DNA of 60,522 nt, filler included. It is 9 parts of 9 records of this genome, joined end to end, with 100 filler letters (N's around TTAATTAATTAA, not from the genome) between each part and the next. Parts side by side here need not be neighbours in the genome. Positions count along the whole stretch, not along the records: positions 18,641 to 24,993 come from SRR31156797_21080; positions 25,094 to 31,343 come from SRR31156797_21096; 7 more parts are not named here. The stretch is one strand, 5' to 3'. A program made the translations under genes and the position numbers. Positions within the stretch are counted from its first letter, which is position 1; every line of letters starts with the position of its first letter. Below, in pieces: positions 19,247-30,380 of this stretch. The notes beneath the pieces were generated by a model. That model saw only the letters and a list, made by a program, of their open reading frames with translations, did not search any database and was not told the DNA's origin.

Positions 19247-19303
19247 TGTATTGTTCTTTGAAATACAAACATACAGTCAAAAATGGAAAATGAAACTCCA
19301 AAA

Positions 19304-19375
19304 TGACCATTTTTCATTTTATCAGAAAGGCAATTCTGACATATCGTCACAAAAACAGAATGGCATAAGGTTTGA
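19304..19375 (+). promoter_or_regulatory. Sigma54-like -24/-12 promoter (TGGCATAAGGTTTGA) with upstream TGAC-N5-GTCA sites
   Basis: GG-N10-GA at 19362-19375; TGACATATCGTCA at 19337-19349; TGACCATTTTTCA at 19304-19316. Confidence 0.5.
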
Positions 19376-19424
19376 TTTTTGGCACGTCGAAAAATCAGAT
19401 TATAAAATTTAAAATATACAAAAC

Positions 19425-21482
19425 ATGCAAACAGGAAAAATTGGAGTAACCAGCGAGAATCTTTTTCCAATCATTAAAAAGTTTCTTTATTCTGATCACG
19501 ACATTTTTTTACGTGAAATTGTTTCGAATGCAGTTGATGCAACTCAGAAGTTAAAAACATTGGCCGGTCGTGGCGAGTACAGCGGTGAAGTGGGCGATGC
19601 CAAGGTGGTAGTAAGACTTGATACAGCTGCTAAAACCATTACCGTTTCGGATAATGGTATTGGTATGACAGCAGACGAAGTTGAGAAATACATCAACCAA
19701 ATTGCTTTTTCAGGTGCAAACGAATTCTTGGATAAATATAAAGACGATGCCAACGCTATTATAGGACATTTCGGACTTGGTTTTTACAGTTCGTTTATGG
19801 TGTCTGACAAAGTGGATGTGATCACCAAGTCGCATAAAGAAGGTTCGCAGGCCGTAAAATGGAGTTGCGACGGCAGCCCTGAGTTTACTCTGGAGGATGT
19901 AGAAAAGGAAGAGGTGGGTACCGATATTGTGATGCACATCAGTGAAGAAGAGAATGGATTTTTGGATGAGGCAAAACTGTCGGAAATCCTAAATAAATAT
20001 TGCAAGTTTCTTCAGGTGCCTGTAATTTTTGGAAAGAAAAAAGACTGGAAAGATGGTCAGCAGGTTGATACGGATGAGCCCAACCAAATTAATGATGTTG
20101 CTCCTGCATGGACAAAGGCCCCGGCTGACTTAAAAGACGAGGATTACCAGAATTTTTACCGTCAGCTTTACCCAATGGGAGAAGACCCATTGTTTAACAT
20201 TCATCTGAATGTGGATTACCCGTTTAACCTGACAGGTATCTTGTATTTCCCAAAAATCAAAAACAATTTCGAAGTACAAAAGAATAAAATCCAGTTGTAC
20301 TGCAACCAGGTTTTTGTTACCGATTCTGTTGAAGGGATTGTTCCTGAGTTTCTGACATTATTGCATGGGGTTATCGATTCTCCTGATATTCCTTTAAACG
20401 TATCGCGTTCGTACTTGCAAAGCGATTCAAATGTGAAAAAGATCAGCAGCCACATCAATAAAAAAGTAGCTGATCGTTTGAACCAGATATTTAAGGATAA
20501 CCGCGAAGATTTTGAAAGTAAATGGGATGATCTGAAGATGTTTATCGAATACGGAATGTTAACGGAAGAGAAGTTCCATGACCGTGCGATGAGTTTCTTC
20601 CTGATGAAAAATACCGAAGGGAAATTCTTTACCTGGGAAGAGTATGAGAAACTGGTTAAGGAAAGCCAAACAGATAAAGACAACAAGACAATATACTTGT
20701 ACTCCACTAATGTTGAGGAACAATTTACTTTTGTTGAAGCTGCCAAAAACAAAGGTTACGATGTAATTGAGTTGGATGATGTACTGGCACCTCATTTGAT
20801 CAATAAGTTTGAACAAAAATACACCGACAAACAATTTGTTCGTGTTGATTCGGACGTGGTTGAAAACCTGATTAAGAAGGAAGATGCTGCAAAAGAAGAG
20901 TGGACCTGGGAGCAAAAACAAGAATTATCGCCGGTATTTCAGGCTGTGTGTCCGGAAACAAGCGAATTTCAATTTATTATCGATTTTCAGGATATGGGAG
21001 AAGCTGCTTCACCAATGGTGATTACTCGCAGTGAGTTTATGCGGCGAATGAAAGATATGGCAGCAACTCAAGGTGGGGGTATGAATTTTTACGGTGAAAT
21101 GCCCGATCAGTTGAACCTGGTTGTGAATACTTCTCACTCGTTGGTTCGAAATGTATTGGATGCCAAAGAAGAAGCTATTGGTAGCAAATTGGAAGAGATG
21201 ACAGGTAACATTGCTTCCAAAAAAGATGAAATAGCCGTTTTAGAAAAGACAAAAGAAGGCAAAAAGGATGAAGAAATTCCTTCAGCTGAAAAAGAGCAAT
21301 TGGAAACCTTAAATACTGAACTGGCAAAATTGGAAGAAGTAAAACGTGCCGAACTAAGTGAGTTCGGAAAAGGAAATAAAATTGCCAAACAAATGGTTGA
21401 CCTTGCTTTGCTTGCAAACGGATTGCTAAAAGGTGCCGACCTTGATAAATTTGTGAAGCGAAGTGTGGAATTGATTAAATAA
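19425..21482 (+). CDS. htpG: Chaperone HtpG (Hsp90)
   Basis: LYSDHDIFLREIVSNAVDA, DNGIGMT, IGHFGLGFYSSF, IPLNVSRSYLQ. Confidence 0.97.
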   Translation: MQTGKIGVTSENLFPIIKKFLYSDHDIFLREIVSNAVDATQKLKTLAGRGEYSGEVGDAKVVVRLDTAAKTITVSDNGIGMTADEVEKYINQIAFSGANEFLDKYKDDANAIIGHFGLGFYSSFMVSDKVDVITKSHKEGSQAVKWSCDGSPEFTLEDVEKEEVGTDIVMHISEEENGFLDEAKLSEILNKYCKFLQVPVIFGKKKDWKDGQQVDTDEPNQINDVAPAWTKAPADLKDEDYQNFYRQLYPMGEDPLFNIHLNVDYPFNLTGILYFPKIKNNFEVQKNKIQLYCNQVFVTDSVEGIVPEFLTLLHGVIDSPDIPLNVSRSYLQSDSNVKKISSHINKKVADRLNQIFKDNREDFESKWDDLKMFIEYGMLTEEKFHDRAMSFFLMKNTEGKFFTWEEYEKLVKESQTDKDNKTIYLYSTNVEEQFTFVEAAKNKGYDVIELDDVLAPHLINKFEQKYTDKQFVRVDSDVVENLIKKEDAAKEEWTWEQKQELSPVFQAVCPETSEFQFIIDFQDMGEAASPMVITRSEFMRRMKDMAATQGGGMNFYGEMPDQLNLVVNTSHSLVRNVLDAKEEAIGSKLEEMTGNIASKKDEIAVLEKTKEGKKDEEIPSAEKEQLETLNTELAKLEEVKRAELSEFGKGNKIAKQMVDLALLANGLLKGADLDKFVKRSVELIK

Positions 21483-21491
21483 CCTCGAGCT

Positions 21492-21611
21492 TGGGCACAA
21501 TTCTTGAGGCTTAAAATATTGTAGAGTGAGCATCCCGATTTTCGTCGGGAATGGTTAAGTGAGAGTGAGATAACGCCGGTTCGTCAATTGATGGATCGGC
21601 GTTAATTTTTT
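21492..21611 (+). ncRNA. Candidate sigma54-dependent small RNA (promoter plus about 90-nt transcript)
   Basis: GGCACAATTCTTGA at 21494-21507; AGTGAG three times; internal hairpin; strong terminator. Confidence 0.35.
21571..21611 (+). terminator. Intrinsic terminator
   Basis: TAACGCCGGTTCGTCA / TGATGGATCGGCGTTA stem followed by ATTTTTT. Confidence 0.8.
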
Positions 21612-21661
21612 CATATATTCTCCTGTATCTTGCGGATTAATACATCGTGGATAAACAGGAC

Positions 21662-21713
21662 AACAAAGTCTTGGTTTGTTTTTTAATAAACTAAAACAGA
21701 CCAAGGCTTTGTT
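21662..21713 (-). terminator. Long hairpin downstream of the oxidoreductase gene
   Basis: AACAAAGTCTTGGTTTGTTTT / AAAACAGACCAAGGCTTTGTT inverted repeat. Confidence 0.6.
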
Positions 21714-21741
21714 CTATGTAATCTGAATTTTTTGCAGGAGA

Positions 21742-22950
21742 TTATTTCTCATCAGCAAAATCCTGTAAATAAGAAAATTTGTCGGTTAGTCTTCCGTCTT
21801 TGGTTATCGAAGCTCGTTCAATCACGCCATCAGTATCATCGCCAAACAGGCTGGGGAAAACCTTATCAATTAGGTTTCGTCCAAAATCGAGCGAAGCATC
21901 TTTCGGTAATTCACAGGGTAAATTATCAACCGCCTGAACCGAAATGTTTTTCGGATTCGAAAATGCATCTTCCAACTCTTCTGTTTCAGGATTATAATCG
22001 TAAAATGGATTGGCAATACTTGATGCTCGTTTAGTGGAAGGAATTGACCCTTCTATATCGCAAGTGATATCTGATATCACACTAATTCGAAAATTTTCGT
22101 TGCGAATATCTTCGCAATCAAAAAGCACCGGCGATTTTGGATCCCAATAAGCTGAAGCGATCAACATATCCGTTGTATGCGCAAATGGAATAAAAGCATT
22201 CTCATACAAAGCAGGATTGTTAAAAAAGTGCGTTAGACCAAAGGGCTCTTCGTTGGTGCGCTTAACGTAATTCACAGGCAATAACTGTACAAAAACAGCC
22301 TCTTCAGCTTCTTCTTTTTTCAGATAAGCTTCCGGTGAAACACGTCTGATCTTCATATTATTTAAAATCTCCAGAACTCCTCCGGCCACGCGTCCGTCTC
22401 CGGTAACAGCTATTTTTACCGGAGGTAATGAGATGGTATCAAGTTGTTGTAACATTTCCACCAGATCTTCACATTCGTGAGCCGGTTTTAGATCAAACAA
22501 TTTATTTCTTAAACCTAATGCACGCAATCCATTATAAGCTCCAACCAATCCGGCAAAACGTCCAAAACCAATTATGCGGAAACCGTCCTTATTGGTAAGT
22601 ACCTCGTAGTCGACCAATTGTATATTTTTGCTTAAAACAGTTTGTAATAACTTTCGGTTGTATACCTGTTTTTTTATGGTATGCGAAAAAAACAGGTATA
22701 TTTTATCTTTAACCAAGTCTTCAATTCGCACTTCTTTTACGCCCAGCAGAACATCACAATCGCTAAGGTCTTCTTTTAAGGGTATTCCCAGTGCTTTGTA
22801 TTCTTCGTCTTTATAACTTCGAATTGTACTGGGTTGTACAAAAACAGATACATGTGGGAATTTTTCCTGAACTTCTATGCATTGTTGTGGAGTTAGTGGA
22901 ACACGTTTGTCAGGAGGTGTTTTTCCTTCTCGAAGCAGGCCGATTTTCAT
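21742..22950 (-). CDS. AlaDh/PNT-fold NAD(P)-dependent oxidoreductase (lysine-ketoglutarate reductase / saccharopine dehydrogenase-like)
   Basis: LREGKTPPDKRVPLTP, LGVKEV, FFSHTIKKQ, DITCD and AVDNLPCELP motifs. Confidence 0.85.
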   Translation of the reverse strand: MKIGLLREGKTPPDKRVPLTPQQCIEVQEKFPHVSVFVQPSTIRSYKDEEYKALGIPLKEDLSDCDVLLGVKEVRIEDLVKDKIYLFFSHTIKKQVYNRKLLQTVLSKNIQLVDYEVLTNKDGFRIIGFGRFAGLVGAYNGLRALGLRNKLFDLKPAHECEDLVEMLQQLDTISLPPVKIAVTGDGRVAGGVLEILNNMKIRRVSPEAYLKKEEAEEAVFVQLLPVNYVKRTNEEPFGLTHFFNNPALYENAFIPFAHTTDMLIASAYWDPKSPVLFDCEDIRNENFRISVISDITCDIEGSIPSTKRASSIANPFYDYNPETEELEDAFSNPKNISVQAVDNLPCELPKDASLDFGRNLIDKVFPSLFGDDTDGVIERASITKDGRLTDKFSYLQDFADEK

Positions 22951-23162
22951 TGTACAAGAATTTTAAGTTACTGCTGGTTTCTTCAACTTTATGTTTAAAC
23001 GCAAAGTTAACTGATCTTCTGAACTATGCTAATTAAAGGTTTTAAATTGTTATGGTTTTTGTAGGTGTAATGGTTTTTTCTAAATAACCATACAATCACC
23101 CATTTAGACTGATTCTTTAGCAAATAATCGTAATATTTGTATCGATTTAAACCAAATAGGAA

Positions 23163-24993
23163 ATGGCGAAGTTAACTTATCTCTCGATCGTTGCATTAAT
23201 CTTAATTGGTGTGAGCTCTTGTATACAAAGAGTTTCTAAAAATGCAGAAACAAATGAATTTGCCGGATCGGAAAGTTGCCGGGAGTGTCACGAAAGTTTT
23301 TATCAATTGTGGGAACCGTCGTACCATGGGCAAGCAATGATGCCAGTTAATGCAGCATTTATTGCCAAACACCAGTTGCCAAACAGTAATCCTATTGATG
23401 TCGAAGGCAACAAGTTTGTGGTAGAGTTTCTGGATTCGACAGCAGTTATGATTGAAAAAGAAGGAGGGAAACAGGTTAAAACCTATGAGCTGCTTTGGGC
23501 CATGGGAGGTCACAATGTTTATTGTTTTCTTACTCTGTTTGAAAAAGGGAAACTGCAAAATATACCCCTGGCTTACGATGCCAATCGTAAAGAGTGGTTT
23601 AATTACCCTAAAGCCGGAATGCGGCATTTTTCCGATGGTACTCCCGATGATGAGGCCTTGCCCTGGAAAGATCCTTTGTTTACATTTAATACAGGATGTT
23701 ACAGTTGTCACATTAGTCAGTTAAGTTCTAATTTTGATTTGGCAACAGAAACCTATCATACTACTTGGCGCGAGGCCGGAATTAACTGTGAGACTTGTCA
23801 TGGCCCCGGGGGGGAACACATTCGAATATTCAAAGCATTAAAGGAAGGTGAAGAAGCAGAAGAATTGGGATTGATCTCAACATCGGTTTTTACCCAGAAA
23901 CAACACAACGATGCCTGCGCTCCGTGCCATGCTAAAATGACACCAATAACTCCGAGCTATATGCCCGGCGATAAGTATTTCGATAATTATAATCTTACTA
24001 CCCTGGAAGATCGTGATTTTTACCCCGATGGCCGATCTCTGGGAGAGAATTATACGATGACCGAATGGATGCTGAATTCCTGTGTGGAAGGAGGTGAATT
24101 GCATTGTGTAACCTGTCATACTTCAAGTGGGAGGGACCGAAACAAAGACAATCCGAATCAGGCATGTCTACAGTGTCATAACAACCGGAGTGAAGATCTG
24201 GAGACACACACAGGGCATTCTGAAGATGCCGGGCTTACTTGTTTGAGCTGCCATGTACCCAAACGTGAGTTTGTTGGCCGTTTTCTGAGAAGTGACCATT
24301 CTTTTCGTCCGCCAATGCCAGAGGCTTCCATTAAGTTTGGGTCGCCAAATGCTTGTAACCAGTGCCATACTGATAAGTCGCCACAATGGGCTAACGAAAT
24401 TGTTAAGAAACGCCCCAATGGCAATTACCAGGAAGAAACATTGAAGTGGGCTCAGCTGATTAAAGAAGCCCGCGAGTTAAACTGGGCAAAGGTGGAGCAT
24501 ATGTTTGAGTACATCAATAATCCTGAGAGTGATGATGTTGTTGTTAATTCAATGATCCGTTTGCTGGGAAATTACAATGATGAATCGAAAAACACAGTTT
24601 TGCTTCAGGCTTTGAATCATCAATCAGAGTTGGTTCGTTCCTCAGCAGCAGCTGGATTATCGGGTGTTTTTACAGAAGAAGCTAAGAACGCCTTACTTAC
24701 TGGCTGCCAGGATGAGATTCGTTTAGTGCGTATTCAGGCAGCCAATGCCTTAATTGCCTTTCCCGAAGATGTGTTTACGGTTGAACAACAAGCTATTCTG
24801 GATAAGGCAGAAGCCGAGTATGTTACATCCATGACTTCGCGGCTGGATAATTGGAGTAACCATTATAACCTTGGAATCTACCATCAGAATAAAGGCGATG
24901 TACAAGCTGCACTTCATTCGTACGAAACAGCAGCACGTTTGTATCCCGAGTCGTTGATGCCACTAATCAACAGCAGTGTGTTGTATTCGTATA
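23163..24993 (+). CDS. Octaheme c-type cytochrome lipoprotein with HEAT and TPR repeats (3' truncated)
   Basis: Lipobox-like VSSC; eight CxxCH motifs (CRECH, CYSCH, CETCH, CAPCH, CVTCH, CLQCH, CLSCH, CNQCH); LVRSSAA/LVRIQAA HEAT-like; HYNLG TPR-like. Confidence 0.88.
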
Positions 24994-25093
24994 NNNNNNN
25001 NNNNNNNNNNNNNNNNNNNNNNNNNNNNNNNNNNNNNTTAATTAATTAANNNNNNNNNNNNNNNNNNNNNNNNNNNNNNNNNNNNNNNNNNNN
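24994..25093. other. Artificial contig linker
   Basis: N-run / TTAATTAATTAA / N-run. Confidence 0.99.
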
Positions 25094-25933
25094 CTTGTAA
25101 AAATCCCTGATTGTTTTCACTAACACCTCGCGAAAAGCCTGTAAGTGGGATCCCCCCTGGGTTGTGTGCTGACCATTAACAAATGAATAATAATCTTCAC
25201 CATATTGGTTACCATGGGTAATGGCAACCTCAATATCCTCGCCTCTGAGATGTATAATTGGATAAATTGGGTCGTGATCCATATTTTCTTCCAACAGGTC
25301 GCGCAAACCATTTCTGGAATAAAAACGTTCTCCATTAAATTCGATAGTAAGACCGGCATTCAGGAAAGTGTAGTTCTTCATCATATTCACGATATAATCG
25401 TTCATGTAATGAAACTTTTTAAACACCGTTCCGTCGGGAATAAAGGTTACCAGCGTTCCGTTTTCTTCATCAATGTTATTAAAGTCTTTTTCATCGAGCT
25501 TAACTCCTTTACTGAAAAATACTTCTTTGGCAATCCCTTCGCGTATTGCCTTTATAGAAAAATCGGTTGATAATGCGTTAACAGCCTTGATACCAACACC
25601 GTTTAGCCCTACCGACTTTTTAAACACCTTATTATCGTATTTTGCTCCGGTATTCATCTTACTAACAACATCCACCAGTTTTCCAAGAGGAATACCCCGT
25701 CCAAAGTCACGAATTGTTACCCGATCCTGATCCAGGTTAACAACAATCTTTTTACCGTGCCCCATCATAAACTCATCGAGGGAGTTATCCATTACTTCTT
25801 TCAACAGTACATAAATCCCATCATCTGCAGAAGATCCGTCTCCCAGCTTTCCAATGTACATGCCCGGGCGTCTCCGAATATGCTCCTGCCAATCCAGTGT
25901 TTTTATTGCACCTTCGTCGTAATTTGCGCTCAT
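25094..25933 (-). CDS. parE: DNA topoisomerase IV subunit B (partial)
   Basis: [47 protein letters not shown] (Bacteroidota ParE type). Confidence 0.9.
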
Positions 25934-26235
25934 ACTTCAATATTCAGCCTCTTCTGTTAAAAACATTGCGAATTCGGTAATTTAAGGTAAGCTTTTAAAG
26001 CGACAACCAATATTTTCTTTAAAAAACAGAATTCATCCAATTGTCACAAATATAATATAATCATCCGCTTTTCGCGAGTGTTCACAATCTCATTAACTAA
26101 CAATGCGCAGTTGAAAAGACACTCCAAAGTACTTTTATTTGATATAGCGAAGGAAGCACCAACTAGAAGCTAGAAGGTTATAGTTCGCAGAACCGGAATT
26201 CTTCCTTCTGCACTTCTTGATAATTACTTCCGGAA

Positions 26236-28014
26236 TTAAATAATCCCCATTTTTTTCATTAAAAAGGTAGCATTCATGGTTTGGGTAACACCATCTGAAA
26301 GTTTATAATCAAAAACCAGCTCGTTATTTTCTATTCTTATTTCAAAGCATTTATTGAATACCAGTTTCGGGAATTCCTGCTCCATTTCGCTTAACTTTAA
26401 GTCGTGGGTTGCAATCAGTGCAACGGTATCCAGTGCAACAAGCTTACGCACCAACTCTCGTGAGCCATTTAGTTTATCTACAGAATTTGTCCCTTTCAAC
26501 ATCTCATCAAGAATAACAAAGATACGTTCCCCTTTTTTCAAGCGTTCAAGCACCGATTTTATCCTTTTAAGTTCTGCAAAAAAATAGGATTCATCTTTAA
26601 ATAACGAATCGGTTGTTCGCATATTCGTATATAAGTCAACCGGAGTTAGGTTCATCCGTTTTGCACAAACAGGAGCCCCAATTCCCGCTAAAATCAAGTT
26701 CACTCCTACAGTCCGCAAGAAAGTACTCTTCCCGGCCATATTGGCACCGGTAACAATAAGCACCTTCGACCATCCTTCTATTTCTATGTCGTTAGTAACC
26801 CGCCCCGACCTTTTAAGCAATGGATGTCCTAAGTTTTCTGCCTGAAAACTAAATTCATCGTCCGATAGTTCAGGAAAAACCAACTCCGGATGGTTATTTT
26901 TAAAATTAGCCAAACTAATCAAAGCATCGATTTCGGAAAGAACATCAAGCCATAAGGTTAACTTTTCCCTGTATTTCTGGTGCCAACACCACAGCTTGTA
27001 AACGCATCTGATGTCCCATGTAAAAACACCATTTAAAAACACTCCAACCAGAATGTTTTGCCTGTACTCAAATTCTTTAACCAGACTTTTCAATTGAGCG
27101 AAGGCTTTTCCTGCTGAAGGAGACTTCACTTTTTTCTGAATATCCTTTAAATATTGTGATTTAAACTCTGCGTTTTCTATGACTTGCAACAATTGCATAT
27201 ATTTGGCAAGCAATTCCGATTTTCGCCCAAAAAAGATATAATATTGGTTTATTCTTTTCCAGGAAAAATACATCAAAATAAACTGGCACGACACAAGCAT
27301 CGCCCAGAATAAGTTTCCATACCCCAAAAAAGACGGAATAAATGCCAGTAGGGTAAGCACTGGCACAATTCGAATTACCCATTTAATCGCATTTGACCGG
27401 TTCAAATCCAGTTCTTTTCCCGACCACTCTTTAACTTCATCATTTAATTGTTCGGTTTCATTAAACAGATTCCCTTCAGTCATAAAATTTAAACGCCACT
27501 TGGGAATTCCCGCCAACTCCTCTATCGCTTTCTGACGGCTTTCAATCAACGTTTTATTTTTTAAAGGCTTTATTAGCCAGGAAGCAAGTTTGTGTTCTCC
27601 CCCAACAGTTGAAGTACGATTTATAAACTGAAAAAGCGAACCATTACCAAACAGATCCAGATCATACGAAAACGAATGTTCAACATTTAAATACTCTTCA
27701 CCGTTTTTAAAGTGATTAAATTGATGACTCAAAGCTTTCAATTCATCCGAGCTTATCTTTTTAAGTATTTCATATCTTTTCTTTTGTCTTTCGAGCTTTA
27801 TGTTCTTTTTAACAAGAAAGAAAAACAATATCAGTGATGTAAGGGAAAATGGAACGGTAATCCATTTCCATCCGAAAATAAATAAAGGTATAAAAATACC
27901 TGCAAAGCCAGCAAAGCGATACCAGCCAAAACGCCGAACCAGGCTGCTTGCCTCTTTCAAACGCCCCGAATAAAATGTTAATTGTTCGTTGTAAAAATCG
28001 GATGCTTGTAACAT
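26236..28014 (-). CDS. MutS-related ATPase with N-terminal TM segments
   Basis: GHPLL, VTGANMAGKSTFLR, SYFFAELKR, ILDEMLKGTNS, ATHD; no mismatch-binding domain; TAATG overlap with the upstream gene. Confidence 0.9.
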   Translation of the reverse strand: MLQASDFYNEQLTFYSGRLKEASSLVRRFGWYRFAGFAGIFIPLFIFGWKWITVPFSLTSLILFFFLVKKNIKLERQKKRYEILKKISSDELKALSHQFNHFKNGEEYLNVEHSFSYDLDLFGNGSLFQFINRTSTVGGEHKLASWLIKPLKNKTLIESRQKAIEELAGIPKWRLNFMTEGNLFNETEQLNDEVKEWSGKELDLNRSNAIKWVIRIVPVLTLLAFIPSFLGYGNLFWAMLVSCQFILMYFSWKRINQYYIFFGRKSELLAKYMQLLQVIENAEFKSQYLKDIQKKVKSPSAGKAFAQLKSLVKEFEYRQNILVGVFLNGVFTWDIRCVYKLWCWHQKYREKLTLWLDVLSEIDALISLANFKNNHPELVFPELSDDEFSFQAENLGHPLLKRSGRVTNDIEIEGWSKVLIVTGANMAGKSTFLRTVGVNLILAGIGAPVCAKRMNLTPVDLYTNMRTTDSLFKDESYFFAELKRIKSVLERLKKGERIFVILDEMLKGTNSVDKLNGSRELVRKLVALDTVALIATHDLKLSEMEQEFPKLVFNKCFEIRIENNELVFDYKLSDGVTQTMNATFLMKKMGII

Positions 28015-28709
28015 TACAGGTAATTGTAATAATGAAGAATATAGGTTGATATAAATACTGTTGCCATTAATACCGAAAATACCAACCAAATGATACCGGC
28101 ATCCTTTTGTAACAATACTGTTTTTTCAATTTTTGGAGACCGTGAAAAGAAAAAGTGATTTTCGACAAACATTAACAGCTTATATACTGCCACACCAACA
28201 AGCCAACCAAGTGTTGCCCCGCCAATAAGGTCGAGAGGGTAATGCACGCCGGAATATACCCTTGAATAACAAAACATTACAACCCACAATAACATTAAAA
28301 AATGATAACTCCGATTTTTAAATACACGAGAGGTAAAAACAAGGATTGCAACCGAATTCGAGGCATGCGAAGATACAAATCCATACAAACCTCCCTTTCG
28401 CAGAACATTGTGCACCAGATGCTGTATAGCTGGCTCGTGTGTGGGTCTAAAACGCTGTATCGTTTCTTTCAATAAAACGGAAAACTGATCGGCAGCCAGA
28501 ATTACCAAGGCCAGCGATAGAAAAATCAACCAGGCTTTACTACGATAGTTTTTCAATATAAAAAACAAAATAATCGCAAACAAAGGAGCCCAGGGTTCTT
28601 TGCGTGTTACCATTAACATAATGGTATCCCAATAGTCATTATAAAAGCTGTTTAAGAATAAAAACAGCTCTTTGTCCAATTCCAGTATCTTCTGTAAAAA
28701 ATCCATCAA
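28014..28709 (-). CDS. PAP2-family membrane phosphatase
   Basis: K-x6-RP, SSH and [12 protein letters not shown] motifs. Confidence 0.92.
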   Translation of the reverse strand: MMDFLQKILELDKELFLFLNSFYNDYWDTIMLMVTRKEPWAPLFAIILFFILKNYRSKAWLIFLSLALVILAADQFSVLLKETIQRFRPTHEPAIQHLVHNVLRKGGLYGFVSSHASNSVAILVFTSRVFKNRSYHFLMLLWVVMFCYSRVYSGVHYPLDLIGGATLGWLVGVAVYKLLMFVENHFFFSRSPKIEKTVLLQKDAGIIWLVFSVLMATVFISTYILHYYNYL

Positions 28710-29695
28710 CTATTTAAAGTTTCCCAAATTTTATCTTTTAGTTGCTGAACATTCAAACCGGTTACTGATGAAAAAAACAGGTGAGGAATTTCACCCAGCT
28801 CCGCACTAATTTCGGACATTAACTCCTCATCAAGCATATCGGCTTTACTTATTCCAAGAAACCGCTGTTTATCAAGCAACTCCGGATTATATTTTTCTAA
28901 TTCGTTCAGCAGTATTTTATATTCTTTTAAATGATCTTCACTGTCAGCAGGTACCATAAACAGCAACATTGAATTTCGCTCAATATGCCGCAAAAACCTC
29001 AATCCGAGCCCCCGTCCTTCGTGCGCACCTTCGATGATCCCGGGAATATCTGCCATTATAAACGAACGCTGCTCGCGATGCCCTACTATACCCAGATTGG
29101 GAACAAGAGTAGTAAAAGGATAATCGGCAATTTTTGGTTTGGCAGCTGATACAACAGATAACAGAGTAGACTTTCCGGCACTCGGGAAACCAACCAAACC
29201 AACATCTGCCAATACTTTAAGTTCCAGTATTTTCCATCCTTCTTCTCCTTCTTCTCCTGGTTGCGCATAACGTGGAGTTTGATTGGTTGACGATTTAAAG
29301 TGATCGTTACCTAAACCTCCGCGTCCTCCCTGAATAAGGATTTTCTGCTCTCCATGTTCAGTGATCTCAAATAAATACTCACCAGTTTCCACATCCCGGG
29401 CAACTGTCCCAAGTGGTACTTCCAGGTAAATATCTTCTCCATCAGCTCCTTTGCTTCGTTGCTTACCACCGGGATTACCATGTCCGGCTTTAATGTGTTT
29501 TCGGTATTTCAGGTGCAGCAAGGTCCACATATGCGAGTTCCCTTCCAAAATAATGTGACCACCTCGTCCTCCATCACCCCCATCTGGGCCTCCCATTGCA
29601 ACATATTTTTCGCGTCTTAAATGTGCAGATCCTGCACCTCCGTTACCCGATTGACAATGTATTCTTACGTAATCAACAAAATTGGTTTCAGCCAT
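28706..29695 (-). CDS. obgE: GTPase ObgE/CgtA
   Basis: [39 protein letters not shown]. Confidence 0.97.
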   Translation of the reverse strand: MAETNFVDYVRIHCQSGNGGAGSAHLRREKYVAMGGPDGGDGGRGGHIILEGNSHMWTLLHLKYRKHIKAGHGNPGGKQRSKGADGEDIYLEVPLGTVARDVETGEYLFEITEHGEQKILIQGGRGGLGNDHFKSSTNQTPRYAQPGEEGEEGWKILELKVLADVGLVGFPSAGKSTLLSVVSAAKPKIADYPFTTLVPNLGIVGHREQRSFIMADIPGIIEGAHEGRGLGLRFLRHIERNSMLLFMVPADSEDHLKEYKILLNELEKYNPELLDKQRFLGISKADMLDEELMSEISAELGEIPHLFFSSVTGLNVQQLKDKIWETLNS

Positions 29696-29789
29696 CTACA
29701 TATTCCCTTTCCACAACAATAACACATCTCCGAAACAAAGTAAACATTGCTACTTTACAACAAAGAAAAACTTACTTTAAAATTCCTTT

Positions 29790-30362
29790 TTATAACTTTT
29801 CAACCACCAGTTTTAACCTACCGGCTATTTCCTCAATTGATCCCATACCATTTACATCGTAATATTTTCCCTGTGGCTGGTAATACTGAATTATTGGAAA
29901 TGTTTTTTCGTTGTAAACCGAAATGCGATTTTCGATAATGGATTGATTTTGGTCGTCGGAGCGACCGGATACCTTCCCGCGGCTTAACAACCGGTTAATC
30001 AATTCCTGTTTTTCAACCTGCAAACACAGCATTCCGGAAATGGGTGTTCCATTATCATTCATCAATACATCAAGTGCCTTTGCCTGATCCACAGTTCGGG
30101 GAAAACCATCAAAAACAAATCCCTTGGCATTACCGTTGGCGGCAAACTTACTTTTAATCATACCTATTACTACTTCATCGGGGACCAACTCTCCTTTGTC
30201 GATGTTCTTTTTAGCTTCAATACCAAGTTCAGTTTCAGCAGCTATTTCGCTGCGCAACAGATCACCAGTTGATAAATGAATTAACCCAAACGACTTAATT
30301 AGATATTCTGCCTGGGTTCCTTTTCCTGCTCCAGGGGGGCCAAACAACACAAGATTCAGCAT
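29790..30362 (-). CDS. adk: Adenylate kinase
   Basis: GPPGAGKGTQ, HLSTGDLLR, DGFPRT. Confidence 0.97.
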   Translation of the reverse strand: MLNLVLFGPPGAGKGTQAEYLIKSFGLIHLSTGDLLRSEIAAETELGIEAKKNIDKGELVPDEVVIGMIKSKFAANGNAKGFVFDGFPRTVDQAKALDVLMNDNGTPISGMLCLQVEKQELINRLLSRGKVSGRSDDQNQSIIENRISVYNEKTFPIIQYYQPQGKYYDVNGMGSIEEIAGRLKLVVEKL

Positions 30363-30380
30363 AACTTTTGGTTCTTTAGA

